Source: Azolla caroliniana (lineage: Eukaryota > Plantae > Polypodiophyta). Taken from it: a stretch of DNA of 64,000 bases. Made by a program: the position numbers and the translations under genes. Positions 9,551 to 32,132 of the stretch are shown one piece after another. The notes beneath the pieces were generated by a model that had not been told where the DNA came from, searched no databases, and worked only from the letters and a program-made list of their open reading frames with translations. The stretch covers positions 496,001-560,000 of the forward strand of contig JBHGNT010000005.1 in the NCBI GenBank assembly GCA_043228905.1, in the 5' to 3' direction. Within the stretch, counting starts at the first letter, position 1. Each line of letters opens with the position of its first letter.

Positions 9551-12522
9551 CACCATTTGACAAATGATGGACAAGGCTTGCCAATGTCAGTTTAGCCGAA
9601 TGTTGCTTGAGCTTCAAAAGCATAGGGAACCAACCCTTAAATTAGCATGGGGGATGAAAGGACTATCGCACATCATCAGATTTCTTCCGTAACTCTTCAT
9701 ATCCATTTGCAATATGCCAAGGAATCACAATACAATGAGTAGAGGAATGCCAACAACAAAAGAAACTGTGACTGCCAAGATATATGGCACACAGGTCATA
9801 GTATAATCAAATCATCAAAATAATGGTTTGCCACGTCCGATCTGCATGAGTATACTGTGATGCACTTGTAAAAAATTTTCATAGCATCTTTATACCACCT
9901 ACTCATTACTACCCATTACATGCTTGCAAAACATCTCAAAGATAATTCCATCTCAGTATGGCAGACGAAATCACCAATATTCGTAAATGTGATTTATCTG
10001 ATAGGATGATGTTGGCCTTGGGGAGAGATTAATATATCTTTCTTTCTTTTTCGTCTGAGGTTGGGTCAGATGCATACCTCCCTCTAGATGGAACAACTTT
10101 CAGAAGGTTCAAGCAATGTTCCTACAATACCACCTTGGGGTGATGCAAACACTCCATAGTCAGTGATGATCCTTAAAATGGGGTTGCAATTCATTGAGCT
10201 AGAGAGTTTGATGAAAGATCGAAGTACATAAAGTGAAGAATATGATTGTATCTTGCCTATCAACCCAAGATACAAACAGGCAAAGTTTGCTCTTCCAGTT
10301 GGGCACATACAACTGGTTTAAGTTATGTGACGTGGATACACTGTTTGAGCTATCACCTGATGACTTAATGATATGCTCATGATGGACATCTTAACATGCC
10401 TGGCAGAGACATTAATTGTCCAATGGAATGGGGACGCCAAAAATGGAAATTTGAAAAATGTTGCACTCATGTAAACCCTACATGTTGGAACGACCTACAA
10501 GGAAATAATGAGAAACACTGAACCACATATCATCAGGGTCATGCTATTCAAAACGAGACGGACAATCACTCTCCACCAACGCTGATAGCCATGATCATGG
10601 AATTGGGAATGGAGCATGGAGATGCCTAGTAAGATCCGACCACATCTGCACACACTTCACTCCAAGCTACAGATCAAAGACAGGGAGCTTCTCACACTAC
10701 AATTTGAAGCAATCACAGCCATTTGCCAATGCTTCCCATCATCAATTAATATTCAAATCCACCAAACCTGTGCAACTTCTCCAAGTCGGACACACAGCTG
10801 GCCCCACCTCTGAGGCACATGTATATGCTTTATACTTATAGATAGAAGAAACCATAAGCAATAATCATTACTAATACATGCCTGAACCCTTTGAACCATC
10901 TCTCTCAGGTTACTCTTTCTGAATTTATAGGTTCTCATATTAGTCTTTCAAGAAAAAACACAATATATCATCTTTCTATCTAATGTATCTCGTCATTTTC
11001 TTTCATTCTTGACACCCATAGAGATTTGTCTCATAGGTGGGTTCGGTTTGTAGTAGAACAAACAAAAAAAATATTTTCTTCTATTTTGTTATTTCTCTTC
11101 CTCACTCCGATCCAATAGGCAATACATATGCGTAGAAAAGAAGGATTTTCCATACCTTAGTATTTTTGTGATACCACATTGAAGGATCTCTGAAGTATTC
11201 CTTCCACAAGAGTTCCACATTCTGATAAACCCCATTTGTCTTGATAAATCTTTCCATTTCCTTGCCATAGAATCATAAAATACATATGAATTATGCGCAT
11301 AGCCAAATATGGATTTGATTTCAAGTTCGTTGTTCAGAACCCATTGAAACTTAGGGTTCATAAACTCCATCTCTTCAATGGAAACATCTTCTGCAGTTAA
11401 TGCAAGGAAGGGAAAAAAGTATCGGTATATCACTATCTTCATCTTTCAGAAAACCCCATCTCTATGGAGGTTAGGACTGAGATTCAGAATAAATGAAGAA
11501 ATCTGAAATAATTCCACCTGGTTTTAGAAAAGGAAAATACTTATATTTGACTCTTGAGTTCCAATAGAATAACTCTATTTCAAATCTTACTAGTGGGAAA
11601 CTTCTAGCAACAATAGGACAAGCACTCCAAGTCAATAGTAATTCAAACTCTCCAAAGATATACACAAAGATTCGATCGTTGTTTGAATTAAGGCATAGAG
11701 TCTGCAACATGTGTGAACTCATTAAGATTGGGTACATTAAACTTAAATTAATCCCAAGCTATGTGTATCCATATCATCAAACTCATCACTCAATGTGAAA
11801 AGATCAAAATATGCTCTATGGTTGCTCGAAATAATGATATGTGCATTACCAAGGAGTGCATGGTTCTTGCAAAGTCATGGTTGAGATCCCATGTTAGGCT
11901 CTTAATTTATATATGACTCATTCTCAATCATGGTTGCCAATAACTCTACAATGTGTGCTATTTCTTTCAAATTATTCCAATGTCACTAAGATCTTCTTAT
12001 GACCAGCACATGTGTTTGATAATTTACCCATGTATTAATATGTCATGGTGAGAATCTCATGCATGTGGTTGAAAATCATAGCTTCACCACCAATGATGTG
12101 GTAGATTACAAGGATCATTGTTCAAGCATCATGGACAAGGCAATGATGATATGTAGCAAGTCGTAAGGAGACCTTTTCAAGTGGCTTCAACCATACGTTG
12201 ATAATGTGCACTTAACCACAATCGTAAGTTCATATCTCCACTACTATGAAGGTTGCTCACATAAATGCCATTTAAATAATCATGGCTTGCCAATGACATG
12301 GGCAAAACCACACTTATACAAGTAGATTGTACTATGTACCTTTGTTCCTTTCAACTTATTCCAAGTTTCCTGCATTTTCTTTTACCTACTCCAATTATTG
12401 ATATTTTGCACATGGAGTCATACAACAAGGTGAAAATTACAATGTTCTATGTCAAAGCCTTACAGACCAATTATGTGTAACAAATCATGTTTCAAGAACC
12501 ATTTAGATCATGCATCAACAAG

Positions 12523-12812
12523 GTGTTGTAGATTATAACCACATCAAGGTCAATTGAGAACAAGGAGAAATTGTGTGTCCCGCATAGATGCTTATCAAAC
12601 TCAGACAGAAGATTTTCATTACTATCATTTTAATTTGCTATTCTATTGGGATATTTCATCAGCACAGTGTTGTAGATTACAACCGCACAAGACTGATTAC
12701 AAACAGTGTCAAGACTAGTTAATATTGGAGACCGCATACATGCCTATCAAACTCAGATAGCAAAAATTTCATTACTAGAATTTTACTTTGCCATTCCAAT
12801 AGGAACTTTCAT
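12523..12812. repeat. Two-copy imperfect tandem repeat, ~145-bp unit
   Basis: GTGTTGTAGATTA.AACC.CA...CCGCATA.ATGC.TATCAAACTCAGA.AG.A.A.TTTCATTACTA..ATTTTA.TTTGC.ATTC.A..GG.A..TTTCAT occurs at ~12523 and ~12667. Confidence 0.8.
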
Positions 12813-13479
12813 TTGTGGCCAGAAACAAAGTCCAAATTGTCATACCAATTTGTTCGATGCTACACACCCATGTTGCAAATTATAATAATCTATAATGATG
12901 ACAATCTATCCAACAGAACTCTCCAACTAAAGACTATTTAGGACATCTATTGGCAAAGAAAGTAAATTAAATATCATAAAATGGACATAGAAGTTAACAG
13001 TGATAAACATCATTGGCATAGTAAAAAGGAACAAATTAAATAATGTTACCTCTCAAAACATGCAAAGCAAACCACTATCATATCACCACAATTGGTGTAA
13101 TCAGAAGGCAACAACTAATCTCATGATACATGTCACTGAAACCAAATTTGTAAACAGATACAATACATTACTAGGCATCAGGAGTCCAAGAAAAGTGTTT
13201 AAACAACAGGGAAAAAGAACACAAACAATTCTTTTTACCATAATTGATCAGGAGGAAACTTTTCAAAATGTTATTTACAATAGAAAAAAAACCACAAACA
13301 AAAGAAAAAACTTGTGATATGGTCAGTCAGTCTCATCCGATCCCAATTTGAATGCCACTGACGCATCAATTTTATGCACCTACAAAAAACGAAAATGTGA
13401 TAGAACTTTAAGCATTGGAAAGATATTGTTAAAAAAGAATCCAAAAATGTCTACTGTGATTTCTAAAGTTACCAATGAT

Positions 13480-13579
13480 NNNNNNNNNNNNNNNNNNNNN
13501 NNNNNNNNNNNNNNNNNNNNNNNNNNNNNNNNNNNNNNNNNNNNNNNNNNNNNNNNNNNNNNNNNNNNNNNNNNNNNNN
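13480..13579. other. Assembly gap (100 N)
   Basis: Run of exactly 100 N, a placeholder of unknown true size. Confidence 1.
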
Positions 13580-15988
13580 ACCACCAAAATTTTGAAACCA
13601 TATTTTAAAAACAAGGTACTTGAACATCACAATATCACCTTGCTACTAGATACAACATACATAAGCATAACATTTGGATTGATTATCCATGTATTTACCG
13701 TTATTTAGCATTATGATTGTTGTAGTAAGTGTCATTGGAATTTGGATGCGTTTGTATTGTCTAAAAAACCAAGTTGGAAGCTTTTGTGGTTTGTTTTCTA
13801 TTACATTTCAAACGTTAAATTGTTTAATACGAAGAGATGATAGTGTAGTTTCGACTAGCAAATTTGCTACCATGTTTCAAATGTTGACATAGGAAGTATG
13901 AAACAACTTGGTTGAGTTCTATATTATGAATATTGACTTTGAAACTCTGGATGGATAGTTGATGGGTCATAAGTGATTATGGATAGCAAAGTGTATATAT
14001 TTAAAAATGCTCGCCTTCATGGAAAAAAACCCACCTCCCAAATTAAGAAGTTAACCTATGGCTTAGTTGCCAATAAGATATTCCCTACATCAGTGGAAGT
14101 TTTTAATACTTAATAGTGTACTTTTTTAGCACCATCATGAGAAAGCTTGGTTTTGTGAAACATATATTTCAAGATGGAAAACGAATTGCGTTATTTTTTA
14201 TTTATTAAAAGTCAACGACACCTTATTAAAGAATTATATGTTTTTATTTTCTTTTGCATGTCAAGAATATTCACAAAAATACCTAACATTCATTAGTCAA
14301 TGGAAACCACGTCATAATAGTATAGAAATGTAACCCCATTGATTATCATGACTTGTAAAAGAGAAACGTTAACGAGTTCTCATTCGTTCCTCTCCCAAAA
14401 TCTACCCTATAGTTATTCTCTTGAAATTTATCGAAACAACTCCAAAGATTCTTCTTAGAAGATGACCTTGTGCCCTTCTTTTCCAAACTTATATATATTT
14501 GTCATCAATCAATTAAGCCCCCCCTCATTCCTTTATGAAGTTTATATATTATGTGATGTTTGTCTCAATAATGGCTTTGTGGGTCTTGTATTATGTTGCA
14601 TTCTTGATATTTCACTGAGCCCGTTGCATCATAGTTGCAATTCACTATTGAGTTGGCGTGATCATGATGTTTGAGCTATCTCAAATGACCACATTTAGGT
14701 AAGCTAGTATCTTATTGATGATGCTAAACTTTGTAATGCCCCATATATGAGAAGAAACCATGATGGATAACTTGTTGGATCTATATATTCCATCATAGTT
14801 GAATGAGAAATTATGTCCAAGCCATAGGCCATCCCCGCTCATGAGAATGATTGCAATCACGATCTAGCATGCGTTGTTGAGCTCGCCATTGAAGCTAGTG
14901 ATTGATTCACGTGCATGAAGCAATTTGTTATTTCTTGGCAAGATGATAAGAAAGTAAATTGTTTTCTTTCCAATCGTGAAATTATTTTCCATTGTGTTAC
15001 ATTTCTTTCACATCAATAAAAAACTCTAGTTGTGGGTTAAAACATGTACCTTTGTTAGAATGATTGACACATCTAGTTTAAGAATGCATGGGTGAGGGAT
15101 GATGCGAGGGTTATATGAAAGACAGTTTCTCTTCGAACAAGCTTTGTCCATGATGAAGGTCTACCATTAAGCAATTCTAATTCCAACATTAGAAGAAATG
15201 AACTAACAAAGATTGGAAATAGACGGTTTTATTTTTAAGTGAGGTATGTTGCAAATAATTTATGTGATACATACGAGGAGGTTGTTAATAGATCATCAAG
15301 GTAAGGAGGTCTTCGCTCAATAAATAGAGTGTGCGTCAACGACGTTAATCACATTGTTGTGGGTTTGATTCTCACATTGGGTCAAGAAAAACACCCCTCC
15401 CCCCCCCCCCCCCCCCCCCCCCCTTGATATTGAATTGCAATATTACATTTTATCTTCATCCCAATGTTCATACCTCAAGCAAATCCAAACAGTGGTTGAG
15501 TAGAGCTTAATCACGCGACACAAGAAAGCATATTTTTTCGTAATTTGAAAGGTGAGACGATCCTTAGCGGTGGTTAAGCAGAATGAAATGAAACGAAACA
15601 GGAAAGGCAAATTCTTTGTCTAGGTGAATTTACAAGCAATACATATTCAAACTCATGACCCATTGGATACGAGCAAAATGTGACGAAACAAGAATATTTA
15701 AATTGGTTTCTGCTAGAATTGGAGAATTGGACCCCATTAACAACGCAGAGTACTTCAAAGCTTGTGATATTGTTGCCCATGATATTGTTCTCTGTTTCCG
15801 GGTCATGTGTCGTGTGTCCAGGCTACTCCCCCAAACTACTAATCTCCTACACTTACCCACCAAAACCCCCAAAGCCTATCTTTGCCTATCTTTAAGCTCA
15901 TATTTCTCATATTTACAAATCTATTCCATACGGGACAGTGAGTGACAGAAACAGAGACAGAGACAGTCTGACAGAGACGGAGTCAGAT

Positions 15989-25434
<9,446 letters not shown>

Positions 25435-27015
25435 GAAAATTCATCCAGCTCTGAAGGACTATTATCATGTATATGCAGTATACTACATATAATTGTCTTA
25501 TCACAAAAATTAAAGCAGTCTAGACACTTTGGTTGATGCTCAAGGCTTCATATTTTTTGCTGTTTTTGTGCATCACACAACGAGTATGTTAAAAAATATT
25601 GTAGTATTATGCTAGGAATTTGTATCGCAGCTAGTTTAAAACATGTAATTGTCCAGCTTTTAGCCTGGCACAGTTTTAATTGTTATGCATTATGACCCTC
25701 TCTTGCTCTCTCTCTCTCTCTCTTGATGCTGTTATTTGCATGAGCATATTATTTGAGTTTATGAGAAGCTTTTCTTCAGCTTCACAGTATGTGTACTTTA
25801 TGATAACAAGGAGAATAATGATACATTATTTAGCATTCTGATGTACATAATTTACATTTAGATTAAGGATTCCTTTGAACCTAAAGAAGAGTTGTTGAAT
25901 CTTTGTCAGCAGACCATACAATTAATTGTCCCTTAAAGGATCGTACCCGTTTCCCGTGTGCTTCTCCAGTTGGGATGATGCTGGAGTTACTAGAGTTCCC
26001 GCCCTAACAGAACCACAGTAATTAATAATAGCACTTTCACAATGAAAAGGATTGTCTTGAGTTTGACGACTTGATGTGCACTTTTTTACACCTAGATTTT
26101 GGAGAACGGTAATTAGAAGATGTCATAACTTACACCATTTTAAAATTCTTTGCCAAAATCTTGCCTCCAAGACAATGGTCTTTGGAGCACACCTGAAAGA
26201 TCATTGAAACTGCAAAACAAATGTTGAATAGAGAATTGTGTATGCAAGCACATCAAGTGTGATATGATCTTTTAAAAAAACTAGTCAATACATGTTATTC
26301 ATAAAACTTTAAATTTTATGTATCAAGCTATTATTGCTATGTGGCATTTATAAGTGCTTTTATAAGAAAGTAGTAATGGAAACTGTATTAAATGCCTTCA
26401 AACAACGAGGGTATTCTTCTTGCATTTATTCAGAGGTAGGAGAGAGAAAAGAGGGATATATCAATATCTACAAGAGGCTAAATTTGGCCAATGAGACAAT
26501 TTTTAGCGACAAATATCGGTGAATGTACATTATCAATATAGAAACAAATAAATTCAATTGTGCGCATGGTACATGCATTGGAAAGGCCCCATTAAACATA
26601 TGTGCAAGGATGGGAGCACCTAACTATTTGTGCTTAATGCATAAATGAGGTGTTTCACATTGTAGTGCATATGGAAGGCACTTCACTCTGATGGCCGTCT
26701 TCCACGACTTAGCATGAGGTAAAGATTGGATGCTTACGGTTGTTTGAGAGGGGTTGGGGCATTACATGGTACAAGCTTTCTACATTTAGAATGCCTTAAT
26801 TGAAGTTATGGATCCTTGCTTCATGGGATAAGAGGGAGGAAAGACAAAGGAGGAGGGGTATGTTGGAATTTTGTAAAATCATGAGGGGTATATTGAGTAA
26901 ATAAGAAATTGTAATAACCATTACAGAATCATTACATTACAGCCCTCTCTGCTTCTGCTTCTGCCTCTGCTTCTGCCTCAGTCTCACTCAGCGAACGATC
27001 TCTGTTCTCGTCGCC

Positions 27016-30000
27016 ATGACAGGTTTGCTATCCTCTCAAACATGTTTTCTTCATAAGCTATTTTCTTTCCTTTTACATTTGTACTTATATTTTTCTCGTT
27101 ATGTTTCGCTTTTCTCTATTAAAGAATCTAATCTTCCAAAACTCTAAACATTGATCGCGATATTGCGCAGTAATAGATGATTTTTTTTTTGGCACAGTAA
27201 TTCTACCTTCATTAAAAGGAAAAAAGGAAAAGTGTCTTGTTTCTGTGTTCACTTTGTAGTTCCCTATGCTTATCATGTTTTGGAAATTATTTTAATTTGT
27301 TAAGTTCAGTCGGATTAAGTCTATATGCAGATTTTTTGAGTGTGGTCTTTACACAGATTAAGGGTTGGCTTAGGTATTTTAGTTTTTGTGTTCTCTAAGG
27401 TGTTTGGGCTCACTCATATGGGTTTACTTAGCTTTATGTTTTTTTGAGCTTTTCTAATTTATTTTATGTTCCCCTATTTGAGGTTATTTTGTAAGTTTGT
27501 TGTGTTTTCTCAGAGTTTAGAGATTACTGACCTTTTTCAGTTAAAACCTTTGTAAGATTACCAGCAAGAGCAGGAGATGGAAATAGAAGCCTTGAAGGCT
27601 ATTCTTATGGATGATATACAAGAATTGGATCCATCAGAATGTGGACTTAAGACAAACTTCACGTGTTTTCAAATAACTATATCTCCGAAGGTAAAGAATG
27701 GTATTCTCATATGCATTGCATTTAGGTTTCATTTGAGATTCATCTCTGAATTTCGTTTGGATTTCATTTGCATTTCATCCAGATTTCAATGAGTTCATCC
27801 GTGTTTCATTTGGTTTTCATTGTGATTTTCATCTGAATTTCTTTTCGATTTTATTTTCTCTTCAAATGGATTTATTTTGAATTTTATTTGAGTTTCATTT
27901 GCATTTCGTTCAGTTTTCATTTGCAATTTTTTGCTTTTTTGACTGTTCTTCTGGCTGGTTTCTTAGGATGAAGATGAAGAGGAACCAACTGATGTTCCAG
28001 GTACGTACTCTTTGAGCTTCTCTGGTAGTCTGTAAACTTTGATAAGAGCCAATACCTTAGTTATCAAAGATAGGTCAGCTTATTTACCCGTAGAGTTGAG
28101 CAGAATTTATTGCTAATCCTTATAAACAAAGGGATAATCATGGATGGGAATGCCATACAGGGCGAAGTCTTATATGGGAAAAAGACAAAGGTTTTTTTTT
28201 GCATGGAGTTGAACCCAAAGATTCATATGGTCAATAAATTGGAACATCAAATATAAATACACTTCTACATGGAAGCATTCTTTTGTAAAGAAGAGAAAGT
28301 GATGATGTGACTGAATTTTGGTATATTTTGACATGAAAAATACTCTTGGCAACAAGAGTAATCCATTTTTTAGAGATTGTAATCATGGCCTCACTTTAAA
28401 TCCATATTTCTAGGTAATCTCATGCATGTCATTGGATTTTATGTGGTTTGCAGTACGACTCGGGCTTATTTTTGCACACACTGACAACTATCCTGATGAG
28501 CCACCATTATTAGAAGTTAGAAGGTGATTTTGGATTTTCAATAACTCCAGTATGTTTTGTAGTAGTTTGCAAAGTTTTAGTTTTTTTAGGGTTTCCAGAA
28601 TATTTCTTCTTTTGCAGTTTACGTGGAGTAAATAATCACGACCTGGATAATCTGAAACAGAAACTCAATGAAGAGGTCAGTTTTCTGTTCTATTAGTTGA
28701 GGTGCAGCAGATCTTTTTTGAATTTGTCTTGCTATTCTTGTTGAACATTAAACCTTTGGAATAACTAAAGTGGACCAAGAAACCCAACAGGATGTTACAA
28801 TTGATAATGCTGTCTCATCTATTAAGGACAACAAAAAGCCATGATGACCAAATCTTCCTCCAGTAGAATTACTGGTTTCCATCAATAGAATTACATCCAG
28901 TGAGGTCTGAATGTATGTGAACCAGAGAGCCCAAAAAATTGTAGCTCAGTTGGCATGGTTGTCTGATTGAGTCTTGAAGATCATGCATTCAGAGAGTGAG
29001 AGTGAGAGAGAGGGAGAGTAGTGCATCTAATAAAGTAGAGAGCAAAAGAGACTATTTCAAATGTTTTTCGAGCAGTGCAGGCAGAAGAAAATTTGGGCAT
29101 GGCTATGATGTATACACTTGCAACCTCTGCCAAAGAATGGTTGCGTGAAAGATATAATCAAAACCTTGATTCTATCTCTGATGGAGATAGTGATGTGGAG
29201 GCCAAAGATGAGGTAAATGACTATGTGCTGCATAGTTATGGTGCATAGTTCTGTGTTCCATCCTCTAATTAGGTATTCATGTATCTCTTATATGGAATGG
29301 ATTTCTAAGCAAAGTATTCGGCCAACTCTAAATCTCAGTTTGATCTTTGAAAATTATATTTTTCTTTATTTTATGCAAGGTTATTGAACCACATGGAGAA
29401 GCAGTAACGGTAGAGACATTTCTAGTTTGGCCTTGAAAAAGCCAGGTATTGCTACTTTCTTTAGTTCGTCATATAGCGTAGGATGTAAGGTATATTTTCA
29501 TTCATTATCGGTACACATTTGATTAGAAAAAATAATTGAAGCTCTGATAAAATATTATACATCGTGAGTATGGTTTTAGTTGTCTATTTGGATCATTTTA
29601 CATATGTATTTATCATGTCTGAATGGGTGAAAGTAACTTGAGTAAAAGGAAGCCATATTTTTAAACGTTATTTAGTTGATCAATAATATTTTAAACAATT
29701 TTTAAGTTCTGTTGAAATGGTCTGTTAGTTTCTTTGCATTTACTTTCTATGATTGATCATTCAATTTTGTTTTTTTTCTAACAAAGTTATTTGGAAATGT
29801 CAGGCTTATGCCGGATTCAGCACTTATGGCATCAAAAGAACGAAGGCTCTCTGGTCGTTCTTGGTATGAGGCTGGAGGGGTAAGGGTTTGCCTGTTGATG
29901 CTTATGTATCTTGTGTTGTTTGTCAAAAATGCACATTTCTAGATCGTCGTCAATAAAGACACTTCCAATTATAAATAGCCATCCAGTCATACATTGTCAT

Positions 30001-32132
30001 TATGTCCGAGATATGAATTTTATGCTCATTATGCAAATATTTTAATCTGTGTTTATAGAAAGGGGCAAAAGCAATCATTGAGGAGATTGATGACCAAGAT
30101 GAAGAAGATTTGGACTTTGAGGAAGACTTTGATGATGGAGGTGATCTCTCCTTGCAAAGCTTTGTGTTTTTTCTTCAATGTTACATAATGTGTTTGTGTG
30201 AGTGAGTAATATCCATTTAATTCATTTAACTTTTGAATAATACCAATCAATATGTGAATAAATACTTAAAACTAAGTTATCATGACAGTCAAGAATATTT
30301 TATTTGGGCAAAGATTGTGTATGAATGTGTGAAGACTCATTTTATACAAACTCCATGACGTTGGTTCTGTGGTTGACCAGTTGAGTAAAAGCAAGCCTAG
30401 TGTCTTCAATGATGGGTTTATTCTCATTGGATGTTTTTGAAAGCTAATATAACCTTGTTGGAATTCCCTGGATGTTAGAACTAACCACTAATGTAAGCAT
30501 GAAATAAGGATATAATAGATAGAAAAAATAAGAGAGGAGAGAAAGGGTGCCAATCCACTCAACCACCCCCGAATGAAAGGATCGAGACGGACTCGAGCCT
30601 TGATCGGCGTCCCATAGCACCACTGTGGCGTCGAGTTGTACCTGGTGCTGGTGCGTTCACTACAAGAGTTGACCCACCACAATGACAGAATCTCGACGTA
30701 GTCGATAATGTATCAAATGAGGGTGGCTAGGCCTCATATTTATATCCAGACCTAAGGCCCCCCAAGCAAGTTCACACTTGTCCTAATGGGTTGTCCCAAT
30801 CCCAAGGATTAAAAGTAATCCTTTCCTTCTTTACACTCTCGTTTAACCCTCACACTTTATCTATGTGTATAGAATACAGTAAAACTTACCACGGGATATG
30901 GTCATGCCCGTAACACAGGAAAATCATGTCTAATGTCCTGTGCAAGACACTCCATTCCAAAGTGACATTTCTTCTGTTTCTGGTACATTAGGTCATATTC
31001 TCTTTTTGTGATCTTGTACACTGTAGTATGGTGGCACAACTTCACCTCTTGGGCATAGAAATCTGTTGGCTTTTTCTAGTTTCTAAAAGTACTAGGGAGT
31101 ACAGAATTTCACTCGTAAGACGATCTGTGCAGAATAGCGCTCAGCCACAACCGAGTCTCAAACTCACAATGGAAGAAATGAATAGAAAATAGCAATGCAC
31201 TTACATAGACAACAAAGATGGCACCAGATGTTTACGTGGAAAACCCTAATAGGGAAAAACCACGGGAGCCCACAGACTCCAACTATCACTATGAGAAGAG
31301 GAGGTACAATGTGAGACTCAGAGGCAATGACCTCGAGCTTTATGTCTTTGCCAACCGGCAGTTACAACAAAAACAAGTTCTGTCTCTATCTCTCTATCTA
31401 TCTGTACAACAATAATGATAACAACCAACAACCTTCTACGCTATCAAAATGGTTGCCCTAAGTCACATTTATACTTACATGACTTTAGGACTATTTACAA
31501 ATATAGCCATGACAAGCACATCAGAAACATATTTACAGATATGTCCCTGGATTCGGTTCATACTTGATCCATCCAGATACCTTCCGGATCCCATAAAGAG
31601 GGACCAAATTGCACTTGTAAGCCCTAGATCATGATGCAGAATTTTCTTTTCAATTTTGACTATCATTCCATGAGTTTGCTGAAATACTGCTTCCCCAAAC
31701 ATCTGCTCCCTACAACAGAGTTAGCACCATGCATGTATCAAATACCAGTTCTCTAATATAGCAAATGCTATTAATTTCATATTGGGCTGTGCCTACTGTT
31801 ATGATCTTCATTAGAAATGATTTTGAATTGTGTGGACGAGGTATGTTAGTTTCAATCTATTTCAAACTGTGACCTGCTTCAATCTCCTCTTCATAGTACA
31901 GTTCAAGATGCTACATTTCAGATTTGACTGTGTACAACCATATCGTTAGTCTTAGCCATGTTGACTGCTAGGCCAATAATGTTCACAGAATGTATGTACC
32001 ATACTTAAAACCTTTTGTGCCCACCAAAGTATGGCTTTGTCTGCGTAACTGATAGAGACAGAGATTTGTTTTGCAGATATTGATGAAGATGATATGCTAG
32101 AGCATTATCTCTCTGGAAAAACGTCAGCTTAA
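27016..32132 (+). CDS. RWDD1: RWD domain-containing protein (RWDD1/GIR2/DFRP2-like), 10 exons, frameshift and premature stop in exon 7
   Basis: Exons 27016-27022, 27557-27690, 27967-28000, 28454-28523, 28618-28675, 29081-29212, 29380-29445, 29804-29879 (or 29885), 30059-30140, 32077-32132. Protein: MTDYQQEQEMEIEALKAILMDD...YPDEPPLL...AEENLGMAMMYTLATSAKEWL...VIEPHGEAVTVETFLVW | LEKARLMPDSAL...RLSGRSWYE...DDMLEHYLS. In-frame TGA at 29434-29436. Confidence 0.9.
27712..27930. repeat. Degenerate ~11-bp minisatellite (TTTCATTTGNN) in RWD intron 2
   Basis: Repeated TTTCATTTG / TTTCATCTG / TTTCGTTTG / TTTTATTTG units at ~10-12 bp spacing. Confidence 0.75.
30473..30915. mobile_element. Solo LTR (443 bp) in RWD intron 9
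   Basis: Termini TGTTA...TAACA. Flanks CTGGA / CAGGA form a 5-bp TSD with one mismatch. GC-richer than the surrounding intron. Confidence 0.7.
31064..31701 (-). mobile_element. Copia-type LTR-like fragment in RWD intron 9
   Basis: TTTACGTGGAAAACCC...GGGAAAAACCACGG motif (~31230-31265), typical of plant copia LTRs in reverse orientation. Candidate ends TGTTGG...CAAACA; no TSD confirmed. Confidence 0.5.

Noticed and set aside
9915-9965. SWIM zinc finger of a Mutator transposase (FCKHV)
   Set aside because: There is no upstream CxC in the same frame and no other MULE motifs.
13348-13708. ORFs spanning the N run
   Set aside because: Artefacts of the assembly gap.
15399-15423. Long poly-C tract as a functional element
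   Set aside because: A simple homopolymer of unreliable length with no supporting context.
28940-28990. tRNA/SINE in RWD intron 5 (TAGCTCAGTTGG)
   Set aside because: The A box is good but there is no convincing B box; at most a decayed fragment.
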